In this document: positions 14,030 through 28,419 of the stretch, one piece after another | Layout: the number at the start of each line of letters is the position of its first letter | Numbering within the stretch: the first letter of the stretch is position 1 | Source: Lama guanicoe | Taxonomy: Eukaryota | Direction: 5' to 3' | Assembly: GCA_013239625.1 (NCBI GenBank) | Contig: MU057351.1 | Location: 5,626,625-5,690,624, forward strand | DNA: 64,000 nucleotides | Notes under the pieces: generated by a model | What the model saw: only the letters and a program-made list of their open reading frames with translations | Database searches by the model: none | What the model was told of the DNA's origin: nothing | Position numbers and translations under genes: made by a program

Positions 14030-16264
14030 TGATGTTACACTACTTCCTCTTTCTACTTTAAGCAAATTTCTTTTATTTACTTCTAAATTTTAAGTCTGAT
14101 GTAAAAAAATTACTAAATTTCTGAATTACTTAATTTCTGTTAAAATGAAAATATCAATATTTATGTTAGGTCTTTTGAACTGAGATCAGTGTTTTTGATA
14201 ATGTAACCTACCACTAATATAAGCATCTGTGGAAATTTCTTTAAATCAGAATATTTTAGTTTAAAATATTTATTTAAATCTTATATAAATCATTTTATTT
14301 AAAAACTTTTGTGTTTATTTTAAATTTTTTCTGAAAGTAAATCTGTATACATAAGAAATGTTTGTATTATTGATCTGTTTGTAAGATTCTTGTTAAAATA
14401 ATATATATTTTATTTTGGGATTGTTCATACTATACAGTGTTAGATGTCATAGCTTAGTTGTAACCACCAAAATCTATTTTAGTTCTCAAATGGAGAAATC
14501 ATATTTGAATCTCTGCATAGAGTTGTTCAGAGCCCATTTTTGTAGTTGTCACAGATTTTTTGTTGTTGTTGATGTAGGCACCTGGGCAGAGCGACAGATT
14601 TTTATCTTCTTCAGTTCATATCCAGATCCAAATTTCCATCTCCTCTTTTTGTTTTGCAGTAGAAGCCCAAGTCAAGAATATTTCATTTTGATACGTGTAT
14701 TTATAGTCATTAAGTTTCTCTGAGTAATCATAGTTCCTAACATTCCTGCTCTTTAAAACCCTATATTTAATGATGATGATTCTCTAGTTTTTTTATGTTC
14801 TTATCTCTCTTACCAATGTCGTTTTCCTTTATTTTAATTTTGAAAGTCTGTTTTTTTCCTTACCTCTGTTTTTTCTACATATGCTTTGTGTGTGTGTTTA
14901 CTTATTCTCACCTCCCAGTACACACTCCTTCATCCCTCTTTTTTCTGCTCCTTTTACTCAGCATGCTTTTGGCTACATCCCGCCTTTCTCCCACCATCCG
15001 TCTCTCTAATGGCCTCTTTTAAAACAAAACCTGGTTCTCCCCCTCCTCTCTACACACACACTTCAGTCCACTAACCCCAGTGTTATGATTTAAATAAGCT
15101 GAAAGGGTGGGTGGAGGGGAGCTTCACCAGCTACTGAAACCGCTGTGGGTTGCTCCTTGATACTAGAGTGTTCCCTAGCAACACTGCATACCTAATACTG
15201 CTGCTTTCTTCCCCCGCACCCGATGGTTTACCCAGGCTGTGGGATGAAAGAATCACTTTATAAAAACATTTAGAGCATTTGATGTGGTGGTTTGGGATTG
15301 GGAGTGAGGGCACATTTTAGTTTCCTCTTCTGTTAAAAAATGGCTTCTTTTTAAGATTTTTCCCTTTGGGGATTTGGAGTTTTGTTTTCAGTGTACTGCA
15401 ACACCACCCCCCTCCCATTGTGTTGTAGCACTGTGCACTTGATACAGGGTGTGGGCATGCCAGTTCTGTTGTGAGAATAGTAAGACTGGCACAAAGAGCA
15501 ACATTCTCCTCACCCCCATTACCAGGCACTAGTGATTGTTCCACTGTCAGAGCTTAGAACCAGAGTTCTACCTTCCCTGTAAAGTGTTCATGGTTTCCTG
15601 ACCCGGCCCTGTTTCTTAAGCCAATCACTATCCAGTTTGCATTGTAGTGATAGTTTAAAGTGTGTGTAGGGGGTGGGGGGCGGTAATTTAAACCCTCCAG
15701 TTTAGCTTACCAGCGTAGTTAATAACAAAAGCAGTACATAGTAATAAAATAGTTTGAAGAATTTGTCTTTCTGAAATAACAACTCTTTACCAGTCATCTG
15801 CCTCTGTAGGGTACAAACTTGGGACAATTAGCAGTGAAGTTACAACTCACACCTGAAACCTTTTGCTGTATTAGATATACTGCCTTGTAGGAGTAATCTA
15901 AATTTCCTTGGCTTGTATAGGATAGGGAAATCAATTTCAGATATGTTCATAATACTCCAAGAAGAAATAAGAATATGTGGTTCATGTATGATTTTAACAG
16001 CATAATTAAAACTTTATACATGATTATTACATGTTGAAAGTTTCCTCAGTTATAAGTTGTTGCAGTAAGTTACATCTGCCTGTATCTTCTAATTATGGAC
16101 CTTGCTAATCACTCTTTTACTTGTAAATAATGAGAAGATACGTTGTTTCATCTGGACTGAAAATTATCAAAAGATGACTCCTATACCGTAAATCCATTGG
16201 ATTCATTGACAGTGTAGAGTTAGAGAATCATTTAAGTACCAGTCTGTTAAATCCAGGGATATGG

Positions 16265-16430
16265 TAGGGGGTTGTTAAAGAACACTGGAATAGAAGTGAA
16301 CAGATTGAGATTTTAGTGCTGGATCTCCCTCTAGCCTGTGATATTGCCATGAGTAAGTGATTTAACTTTCCTCGATCTGAATATTCTCATCTGAGAAATT
16401 AAGGTAATGAGGTATTTTTGTAAGGGCTCA
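16265..16430 (+). mobile_element. MIR SINE fragment
   Basis: aagtgatttaactttcctcgatctgaatattctcatctgagaaat. Confidence 0.55.
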
Positions 16431-16556
16431 AATCACTGTTAAGTGGTTATGATAAATATATTAAAAAAAATGGTGACAATAGTACCTTAACATAGAATAC
16501 TGAAAGTAAGTTCCTACCTTCATTTTTTAAGTCCTAAGTTTCTGTTAGTTTATTAG

Positions 16557-16718
<162 letters not shown>

Positions 16719-17344
16719 TAAGTATGGGTATTTGGGGGCTCATTTTTATTTCATTATATAATTAAAACGTTTTTTAAAAATTTTACTTACTATTTTTAAT
16801 TTTTTTAATGATAATATTAGGACACTGTATCTTTTTAAAACATTAATAAAAATGATGGAAAATGTATTATAAAGTTGAAACTATAGATCATCATTTAATC
16901 TTACTGTGGTCTTCATTAATGACTGTGAATGATTATTACTTTGCACTAATATTATCTTGTATGCTTGTAAGTTTTTCTGCTTTTTCACTTAATGTCCAGT
17001 TGTTATCTGATATTTTTCTTTTTTCATTGTGCTGGTTTTTGAGACACTGTGCATTTCTGTTATTTTTTTCCTTAATTCTGAAAATTATGGAAGAAAAAAA
17101 TGAGCAGTATAAATGGAAATTCATATATTAACCCCTTAAGACTTGTTAACATCTTCCATATTTACTTCACCCTTTTTTTGGTTTTGTCTTTGATAAAGTA
17201 GTTTTTCAAGTAAGTTAAAGGCATAGCATTTTTACCCTAAGAACTTTAGTATGCATCTCTAAAAAATAGAAACAATTTATTAAAAAGTAGTAATAACTGT
17301 ACTGATATATTAACTTGTTAGTCTTATGGAACTATATTAGAGTA

Positions 17345-17555
17345 ATAGAAGGATTTAGACAGAGTTGGTTCAGACCCCAGTTCTGATCCTCACTGAAACT
17401 GTCACTTCAGGGAGATTATTTAACATCACTGAATCTCTTTTTCCCCATCTGGAAAATGAAGATAATAGTATCTACTGCACAAAGTTATTATTAGAATTAA
17501 ATGAAAGAACACATGTAATGCAGACAGCTGGAAGTCAGTGCTTAATAAATGTTCC
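17345..17555 (+). mobile_element. MIR SINE
   Basis: ttatttaacatcactgaatctcttttccccatctggaaaatgaagataatagtatctac...gtgcttaataaatgtt. Confidence 0.8.
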
Positions 17556-20375
17556 TTTCACTGCTTTGCCTCATCAAAATTAAAATAGAAAACCTTGACT
17601 AGTCATTGATTTCACAATATGCTTTTTGTACTATGCATTTCTTTTAGATCCTTGTGTAAATTTGTCTTGAAGTAAGTATATATTCAGTGATGACCATAGC
17701 TTTTTTTTTTTAAGACTTAATCTTATTGAACTAGGGAAGTATACATTGGAGTTGTAACATTTTTTTTCCCCATGCAAGTAAGCCCTAATGGTAATTTTAA
17801 TTTGACAGATTGACTGAGTATTTAAAAGTAATCCTAAGGATCCTGGAGTTCTAGACTAAATCTCAGAGAAACTTTCTGCCTCATATCTTTAATGCTGAAA
17901 GCATTCCTAGTCCTTCCTTGAAGTTTGATCAGAGAAGTTGGATTTTATACTCCTGTAATTATGTTTTCTGATTTTATATTTGCCTTAGTTTAATGGAGAA
18001 AACAAGGAAACGAGGATTTATGATGCATCTGTCATACACAGTTACTATGCTAGGTATTAATACTTTACATAGTTCATCTCATTCATTCTTAAAGTAATTA
18101 TTTATGATTTCTGTCTTTATCCCATTTTATAAATGAAAGAATAGATTCAGAAGATGAATAGTCTGGCTAAGGTTATTCAGCCAGATCTGGTATATGTAAA
18201 GCATTTAATAGTTATACCAACATTTGTTTCCCTCTTACAGCCTACTAAACTATGTGCAGGTTAGTAGTGAATACCATGCTTAAAGGAAGTGGAAATAAGG
18301 AATTTTCCTCTTGGTTTATTAAACTATAGGAAAAATTTGTACATGAAGACATAGGATCCTCTTCCTATAGTTTTGTTTCCCTTTCCCCATTCCCTTTCCT
18401 GACCTTCATAAACAGTTCAAACAAAATTAGTCTTATCTCTGCTCCATTTTATTCTTTTTCATTTGTCAGATCATTAAGTGACTAGACAGGTGATTTTTAA
18501 TTTTTGTTTAAAATCCAAAGTTCATGTGGTAGATTGAGAAAGAATGGCTGCCCCATCAATCAAAGAGAATGAGATGAAGAAGGCAGCAAGTGACAGGTTC
18601 TGTCACATGAATTAAATGGTTTATCAAAAGGTCTTTATTTGTATTGAGAAGCAAAAGTGGTTATAATGCAGTTTCAGCCTGGTAATGTATTTAAACTCAT
18701 CCATCCATGTGTTCTGCTTGGGCATCAAAAAACTAAAATGTGGGCAGATACCATGTGCTTGTAACTTTGTAAGAAGAAAACCAAAAGAGAACATACACAG
18801 CGAAACCTCAAATGCCTTCAGGAATTTGGAAAAATTTCTTCTGCCTCTCCTTTACCTATATATTTTATCCCATCTCAGACTCTTTCCTGCCATACCCTAT
18901 CATATCAGCTCACTAAACCCTTACGAAGTTAATTAAATAATTTGAATTCCAAGGCACTATTTAATTAGGACTTTTATGTAAGTCCTGAACTCCTCATAAA
19001 CTGAGCAAATTTTTTTTGATTCACTGCCTTATTCCATTCCTTTCATTTCTACTACCCATCCTCCTCAAAGTACGTGTAATTGCCATCTTCAGGACACTAC
19101 CAGTCAAGCCTCCTTGTTGCAGCACTCAAGAGAGCACAGTATTGTCTGTCAGCCCCGAGAAGGGTGCAAGGCTGTGGATGATCTTACATCTTGCGTACTG
19201 TCAGTCTCGCATGTCTGATGCCTTAATGTCATTGTTCATTATTGTGTAAATATGTTGATAAAAAGTTACTCTTTTATGCTTCCTAACCAACAGTGTTTTT
19301 CTATTGGAATGTTATGTCCACGTTCACTCATGACCTTGTAAAAAGGAAACCAAAAGAGAATGTAATAAAGCCTTTGTTTCATCCTATTTCTGACCTCTAT
19401 TTCATAAATATTTCAAACAAAATTGTACATTTTAACATCTTCTCTGCCTTTTCTGTTTCCTGTACTGTTCTTCAACTTTATTTCCCCAGGCAACTTCTCC
19501 TATGTTGTAGTTGTAGATCCTTTCCTGGGTGCTTACGCTGAACAGAAGGAAGGGAAGATAATGGAACCTATTTTGAGGAGATTGTAGGTTTTTTTTTTTT
19601 TTAATTTCTTCCTACACTTGTTCTTCTTTATAGCCATCCATTCTACCCTTATGGTCTTAAGAATTTTAGGGAGACCCTTGTAAGTTCCAGATCCTGTCTG
19701 GCAGATCACTCTGCAAATTTCAACAGTCACATATTAAGTGCCTGATACATGCTAGAGATTGAGTTGGGCATGGTCTAGACAGTATTTTCGAATACAATGT
19801 TATTATCCTTTATCAAAGCAGAAACTATGGTCTTTCAAAAATATTAAACCCCAAAAGGACATAAGAAATTACCTCTTCTTTCTAAAGTGCTTTAAGGAAC
19901 ATCTGATTTTGTCATAATTTTTCAGAATTCTTGATTTTCCCCTCATCCCAATCAGAAACTCAGCAGAGTGAAAGATTCTACTCAGATATTTATATGATCA
20001 GACAAAGCTGTAGCCAGAAATAGATGGGGTTTTGACTTTATAGTTCCACAATCTCCTGTGATTTCCTTCATTCTTTCTCCTAGTCTCCAGTTTAAGAGCA
20101 TCTTTTCATTTTACAGCCATTTTTACCCCCTCTATGGAGGAGAGTAGAGAAAAGAATCCCAAGAATTGCTCTGTTTTTTCCTTCTAGTGCTACTTTATTT
20201 TCGTGATGCATTTATCTATCTGATTCTTTTATGCAAGTGAAAGTATCATATAAGTATGTCTGCAATAGGGTGAGATACTTTTGTTTTATATCTCCAACTG
20301 TAGCCAAGTGTAGATTTCCTTATATGATGAACGTTAACACATACAACTAGCTTGCTAGCATATTTTGGTCTTTGA

Positions 20376-20594
<219 letters not shown>

Positions 20595-21623
20595 TAGTCA
20601 AAATGAAAAAATAGCAAATACTAAATTGTAAGAATAAAAGCACTTGGTTTCCTTTAGTAGTAATTTCATCCCATAGTATTCTTTTTACAAATAAATGGGA
20701 TAATCTTAAAATGGTTGATACCAGAGACCTTGATCTTACTTTGGTGCTAAGTGAAGAAAGGGTCTCAGTTCCCCTTCTTGCCTTAAGTATTTTAGTATGA
20801 TTCAGTTTGGGTAGCAAAGCTCGGATATATCTCCTGTTGCTAAGTGGGGCCCCCACCAATTGATTTGAAAGACATCATAATTTATTGTATAGCCTTTATG
20901 ACCTAAAAAGTAGGAAATACTAATTTTAGTGACTAAATTTATTTCTTTTAACATTATTCCAAGTACTGGAACATGAAATATAAATATTTAACTTAATGGG
21001 GGTTCCAGAGAAGGAAAGTGCTAGGAATTCATACACCATTATAATGGACTAGACCTATAACTTGATCATATCTTTTTTTTAAGAAATGTGGTGTTCAGTC
21101 CTCTGTTTTTTACTCTTGAAATTTCATAGTTGGAAGCATCTATCAAGATTCAAACAACTTTTTATGTTTTACCTTTTATGTATTGTAATACTCTGTAATT
21201 CTACCTCAGTTGAATGTAAATGGAGATACAGTGTTTTTGTTTATGAGGGGTTTATGCTCTCATGACTCTGCCCATTACTGTTACTTAGTTTGATGTTTTA
21301 GGTGTCTGTCTTTAGAGATTTTAGCATTTTGTTTTATATTTGAAATGGTAAGTAAATATATACCACTTGAATTTTAGTGGTTATTTTTTCCAACTTGTAT
21401 TTATCACTTGACTGTTTTTAAGTGATTTATTTTAATATTGTCATATTTTAAAAAAACTGAACCTTTCTGAAGTCAGTTTGGGGGCACTTATATTGAAGTA
21501 CAAGCTTAATTACTGTTTAGCTTCCTTCCCATGAAAGGATTACTTATTTCTTAAGCAATTCAGTTTGACAATTGTTTGAAAGTTTTATGCATTCATAACA
21601 TGTCAGCTGTATTAGAAACTTAA

Positions 21624-21980
<357 letters not shown>

Positions 21981-22984
21981 TAGAAGTTGAGTCATCATCT
22001 TGATTTTGAAAATTCAGACCTGTACAGTTCTATAACATTATGCTTCATTTAGAAGAACTGTTTGCTAAAGGTTAATTCTGAATAACTTGAGTGAGCACTG
22101 TTGATCTTAGTTAATTTATGATATGAGAATGATTTAAGATTTTGTTAGTGTGTGACATTTAAATTATTACAAGATACTTATAAACATATGAATTACAGAA
22201 TACTTGGTGACTTCTACCTTAGATAACTTATGTTGATAAAGATTTCTCAGAGGAAGAACAAAGTTCTCCCATAAGTCTGTTCACTAAGCTCTCAAGCCCC
22301 TATGATGGTGTTACTCAAGAACTGTCCATTGCTTTATTGATCATTTCCCTTTGCTTAGATCAATCTGTCAGTGTGGGTTTTAGAAATCCAAAGAAACTGA
22401 AAACATAATTTGAGTGGGCTTGGAAGAAACCATAGAGCTGGTAATAGATGTAAATGTCTTTCAGGAATCTATGGAACATAAAGGAGTAGCTTAATTGTAA
22501 ATTATGTGACTCATATCCTATCCAATATAGGAAAGTATATGATGAAAGAAAAACATTTCTGGAAGCTATTAATAGTCTCTCACATTGAAATCATAGTTTC
22601 TGAGAAAGAAATTTATTCTGATAGTCTAGAGGTAGAAAAGATTCTAGGAAGTTATTGAATCTGTCTCTGTCATTCCAGTAGAGGTAGTTGATTCATGGAT
22701 TATACAAGGAAAAAAATTTTTTTTATATATTTTTACCAGATTTCAGTCCAGTTAATTAAAAGTAAATTAGATTTGTAGTTTTTATGTGTACTTTTACTGA
22801 TAAAGTTAAATAGTAGTTCAGTCAAGTTAAGTGAATTTTTCCTAGGTAGATAGAAAGATTATTATTTTATATTATTTTTAATGTAAAATAATTTGTTGTG
22901 CCACTAAACTTCTTACTCTTAATTTCAAATATAAGTTAAAGGATTTTTTTTTTAATAAGAAGCTTTGGAATTAGTTACTCATGA

Positions 22985-23290
<306 letters not shown>

Positions 23291-24320
23291 ACCTCAATTA
23301 ACAAAAAAGGATATCCAAGTCACACTTTGAATTCAAATATCTGTGCCCTCGAAGGGCTGACAGCCAGAAGAAAACAAATACAAAGGAAAAAAAAAAAGCA
23401 TATCAGAGTATCTTGTTTTAAATACTTCCTCTGTATTCTCAGGGTGAATTAATGATATTAATATTTAAAATTACAGAATAGATTGTTAACTGCTTTACTG
23501 TGGCATTGGAATTTTAATTCCTTGTGTTAGCAGAGGTAAGAGGGCGATCTACAAGTGTAATACTTCTGACTACCTTGGTTTACAGAAACCTCCAGCAGTC
23601 TCTGAAGCTTCTCATGTGACTCCAGTTATTGATTGATTGCTCTTTATGGTATTAAGGTACTGTTAATATTTGTAGTGGCTGCCTGTAGAACAATCTTCCA
23701 ACTGAGCCATGCTTCAGGGGAGGGAAAGGAGCTAAAGTACTTCTGTTGGTGATATACCAGTCACTCTTTAAACAACAACAGCAAAATCCAACAGAAAGGA
23801 AGAAATAGCTACTGTATATTACAGTAAAAAAAAAACTGCATAATAATTTTAAATTTAATGGAGATGTACTTGCTTAATATCTACAAGTACTGCTGCTTGA
23901 GAGTAGCAAGAATATTGTTTTTAAATATATTCTGTCCATCTCGAGGGATCTTTTAAAATGATTGACTATATGAAGATGTGCAATCTTGCCATTAGGTTTG
24001 GATCTCTCATATTTTATTTTATTCTATGATCCTAAATATAGTTTTCTTTTTAATAGTCTAAAGATATTTATCAATATTGATCAGACTTTTAAAAAATTAC
24101 TTTGTAATCCTGCTGACTACCTGTATGTATTGTATATATATATTATATATTAAATATATAATATATTGAGATTATTAAAGATGAAAATATTGGATTCTTA
24201 TAATATTTTAAGTTGCTGACTGTATGTTAAAATGTGATTGAATGAGATGTATTTGTATTGAGAAATTTTCTTTCTTTCTAGAATGAGATTAAAATACATT
24301 TTGAAAGTTCATCAGAGCAG
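23291..24320 (+). other. TMEM161B: TMEM161B 3' UTR (3' end approximate)
   Basis: Repeat-free AT-rich sequence after the stop. ATTAAA at 24174-24179 and 24288-24293, the latter followed by a GU/U-rich tract. AATAAA at 24560-24565 and 25438-25443 are alternatives. Confidence 0.6.
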
Positions 24321-25451
24321 GCAATTTATTTGTGTTACCTATGTGTGAGAGTACTTCAGATTTTATAAATATTTAGGTGAAAAGAAAAATTCTTTTTCTG
24401 TCATGTAGAAAATTCAGGACCTTTTCAACTGTTAGATCTAACAGTATCATTTAAACCCATGTTAAATAGGACTTGTTTCAAGTTTGTAGTGTTTAGAATT
24501 AGAAATACTAAATTTTATTTTATAGGATAGAAATTGAGATAATTTGAATGAAAAATTCAAATAAATGTAAAAGAGTGAAAAAATTTTTGATGCTTTTTAC
24601 ATTGGGAATGAATATAAGAGATAAATAGGGTTTTTTTATTCCCTCCCCAATGAATAGAATTCAGGTAAATATTCTTTAATATAACTGTTTTGAGAGGCTA
24701 TGTATTACATTTCAATGCTGTTATCTCTAATGAAAGCAATTTCGAAATTCTTTTGGAATTACTTTCAAGGCTTGTGGTTCACATTCATTTGAATAATCTC
24801 AATATAGCAAATTCCGGTCTTCTAGTACAGATTAAATATTTTGGAAATAGTTGATATTTTAAATAAGACTGAGTAATAAGGTAAGTAATTAAGTTGGATA
24901 AAACTCTTTGGTTGAAATGAATTATGAATATAGCATAGCGATAGTTCATGTATATTTCCAAAAGAAGCATTCCAAATATAAGATGTATCAGCATCACTAA
25001 AGTAAGTATCTTATAACAAGATTACAGCAAAGTGTGATATTTATTTTGTATGTGACAAAAATTCCCTCATGATGGACCTGAAAAATAATCTCACCTGGTA
25101 TTTGTAACTATTCTTATTAAAAAGCTAAATTGTGAAAATTTTAATTCAAATTATTATTTTGAGTTTCAAAAATTTTTCAGTGGAGTAACATTGGGGGAAG
25201 GGAATAGAATTCATTATTGGATAGAATAACATGTATTTCTAAAATTCTCCCTAAATATTCTATGAACTTGCACAAACTGCTTGTTAATTTAAGTAATGGG
25301 TTTGGTTTAGGTTTTTTTGCCCTTTCAAAGCAAATTTTAAGAGAATGATGGTTACTGCTACTAACTGGTTTATTTAAGCATGTGATTTTTGTACTAAGAA
25401 TTAGTTCTTTAAGTGCAAAAAGACTTGTACTTTATGTAATAAACCAAGTAA

Positions 25452-25552
25452 TATTTTTTAAAAATTGAGATATAATTGGCATATAAAGTTGGATTCATTT
25501 TAGATGTACAACATAATGATTTTTAATACATGTATATATTGCAAAATGATTG
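25452..25552 (-). mobile_element. short L1 3'-end fragment
   Basis: ttttaaaaattgagatataattggcatataa...gtacaacataatgatt, the antisense L1 3' terminus pattern. Confidence 0.7.
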
Positions 25553-27109
25553 CAAATAGTATTTTTGAATATGCTAAATTAGGCCAGTGAAATTCTTTTA
25601 TTTTTTACAATGGACTCTAGTCAGTAAAAATGCTTCAAAGATCAGTTATTTTTATTTTATATTTTTGCCAAAGTAACTAAGAACCGTTATAATCATGCTT
25701 CCTATGATTTGTAGAATGTTACTTGACAATTTGTTGATTCCTGCCCCCACCCCCCGACCGTTGTAAAAATTAGAGCTCTATTCTCCCTCCAACCTCCGTT
25801 GATTTGTTTGAAATGAAAAGCATATAATTTTATCTTAACATTGTATGCATTTTGATTATCTTTGGTATTTACCTTAGAATTTCAGTAGCAATGCACAAAT
25901 GACCAACACATCTAAGCAGTATAGGCTCATTGTCTTATTGTTTCTGATATAAATATCATTGGCAAAATAGAGACATTTCTTCTTGAGTTATGATTCAGAA
26001 GAGATACTCATCCATTAATGGAATTGACAGGTCCAGGAAGCAATAAGTAGAATTCATTATGTAATCTATAATTGGAACTTCACTGGGTAGTTTTTATTCT
26101 TTCAAGTAAAAGATTAAATTCTCAGTATTGCAAAGCATAGGGTCTCAGCATTCTCTGAATTCATACACACTTTCTGAGCCATCTCATAATTGAAAATGGT
26201 CTATCATGGTATATGGCTCTATTTAGCAAAATAAAACTAAGTGATATTTGAATGTGGACCATCCTGTGTCTTCACAGAGCTTTAGGTGGCTTAAAGAATC
26301 AGATTTAAACACACTTGGGATTCTCGAGCTTGAACCAGGTGTCATACAATCTCATGTTTTAAATCCCATTTGTCCAATTACGTGTGTAGCTGAGCTGGTT
26401 ATATGCCATGAAAACTCTAACAGGGACATTAAGAATGATTTTAAAAAAGCTAAAGTCAACCTTTCCCTTCTTTAAAATGGTAAACATTTAACTTATTTTT
26501 GTTCCTGACAGAAAGGAAAAACCAGATGTAGCCTGTTCATATGCTCGTCTTTTGTTACCATCAGACTCCTTTTTAGCTACAAACTATTACATTGGATGGG
26601 CCTACCTTTAATGATTCGTACGATGCGTATTTTTCTATCCCATTGTTAAGTTTTTTGTTTGTTTTTCTTTTTTTTCTTGTCACTCCTTGTATGTAGGTTA
26701 TTCTCCTTTCTTCTGTTTGGCGAAAGACTACTCATTTTATTAAATGAAGTAGCAAGAGTGTTTTGTGGCAAGAATGTTAATCCAAGAATCAAGAAACATT
26801 TCTTCTCATCCCATTTCTGTCTGCAACTAGCCATTTTTTGCACTTATTAGGCATTTAACCTATACTAATTAAGTAAAACCGAAATGTCACTATTGGCCAC
26901 AATTTTATATGTAAAATGGTTTACATTAAATTTATGGCTATATATTTCTAAATTAAATATTGATTCCTCTTTGTATTAGCATGAGAAAAGTGAACAGCTA
27001 TTTTTGGCTTCAGGAGTGTTAGAGGACATGTTAGAGGACTTTTTTTTTTTTGTTTTGTTAGTTGAAAATGATTTTACAGAGAATATTTTCTCCAAGAATA
27101 TTTTGGTTT

Positions 27110-27440
27110 GTACTCATTTAATTATTTGTTGAATAAATATGTACTAAGCGCCTATATAGTATTTCAGAAGCTGCCCGATATACAGCAGTGGACAAAACGT
27201 TAAAATCCCTGCCCTCCAGGAGCTTAGAGTCTAGTGAAGAGGTGCAGACATTAAACAAGGATGAGTATGAATCCATGTGTAGGATATGTTGGACAGTGAT
27301 GAATCTAATGAGCAGGGGTGACAGAATCAGGGAAGGGGGACTATGATATTGAAGAGTAGGGATAAAGTTATAATTTTAAATGGAGCATCAAGGGAAATCC
27401 TCACTGAGAAGATGATTTCTGAGTAATGACTGAAGGAAAT
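27110..27440 (-). mobile_element. L2 fragment
   Basis: aataaatatgtactaagcgcctat...acagcagtggacaaaac...atccctgccctccaggagcttagagtctagtg. Confidence 0.75.
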
Positions 27441-28419
27441 GAGTACCACTGTAGTGCTTTTTCATATATCACTGTAGTTAACTGGTCAACAGAACATCTT
27501 GATTGCTTGGACTTTGCTAAGTGTGAGGTCAGTAAAGAAATTTTTTAAAAGATGGACAGTATTGTATATTCCCCTTTTCAGTTGGTGCGCAGGAAGGATT
27601 AAGGCCATTTAGTTAAATGCTGCTTGTTTACTAATGAACTAAAACATGCAACAAATATAATCTCCCAAGTCCATTTTTTATAATTTTTCTGTCAAGTGCT
27701 TTTTAACTTAATTTGGACATTTTTACTTGTTATTCAGTAGAACTTTTAAAGACTCAAAGGATTTCAAAGGAGTTGAAGATGTGTCCATTTTGCAGACAGT
27801 ATGATGTGTCTACATGGCAGATAAATTTTACTCATCGGTCTTTAATCTGTCATACAATGTATTACACAGAGGTAGTTATGTAAAGGGTAACGTAAGGAAA
27901 GATAAATTTGGATTAATAACATCTTATCAAAATGTATAGCAATCTATACAAAAATTAGCTTTAACATTATTTAATTTAGAATGCATTTTCTCCCTATAAT
28001 TCTACAGTGAAACAATTTATACTTATGAAAAGGAAATTCCAAAAGACCAAACAAATGAAACCATGTGAGTAGGATTACATTAAATAAGTAGCAATGAAAA
28101 GACATAAGAATTACTGTAATAGTGTTTTATTTACTCTACATAAATATACTTACTTGTCCTTTCATTTCTACTTTTAACAATTCCTTAGAGCATGAAATGT
28201 AATTTTTTTCCCACATATTTAGATTTCTGCCATTGTGGTAGATGGTCTGTGTACCTGTTCTAGATGAGTGGCTGATGTCTAAAGTTGATACTCTGTCAAT
28301 TTAATAGTCTGTTGAAACTGAATATCAACATTAGAGAAATAATTGAATTATAGTAATAAATATAAGGATTTAACTCAAAATGTTTTAATCATTAAAAATT
28401 TTTTAATTTAGTAAAATTT

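Noticed and set aside
24131-24166. Self-complementary AT tract in the 3' UTR (miRNA-like hairpin)
   Set aside because: Low-complexity (TA)n sequence is trivially palindromic.
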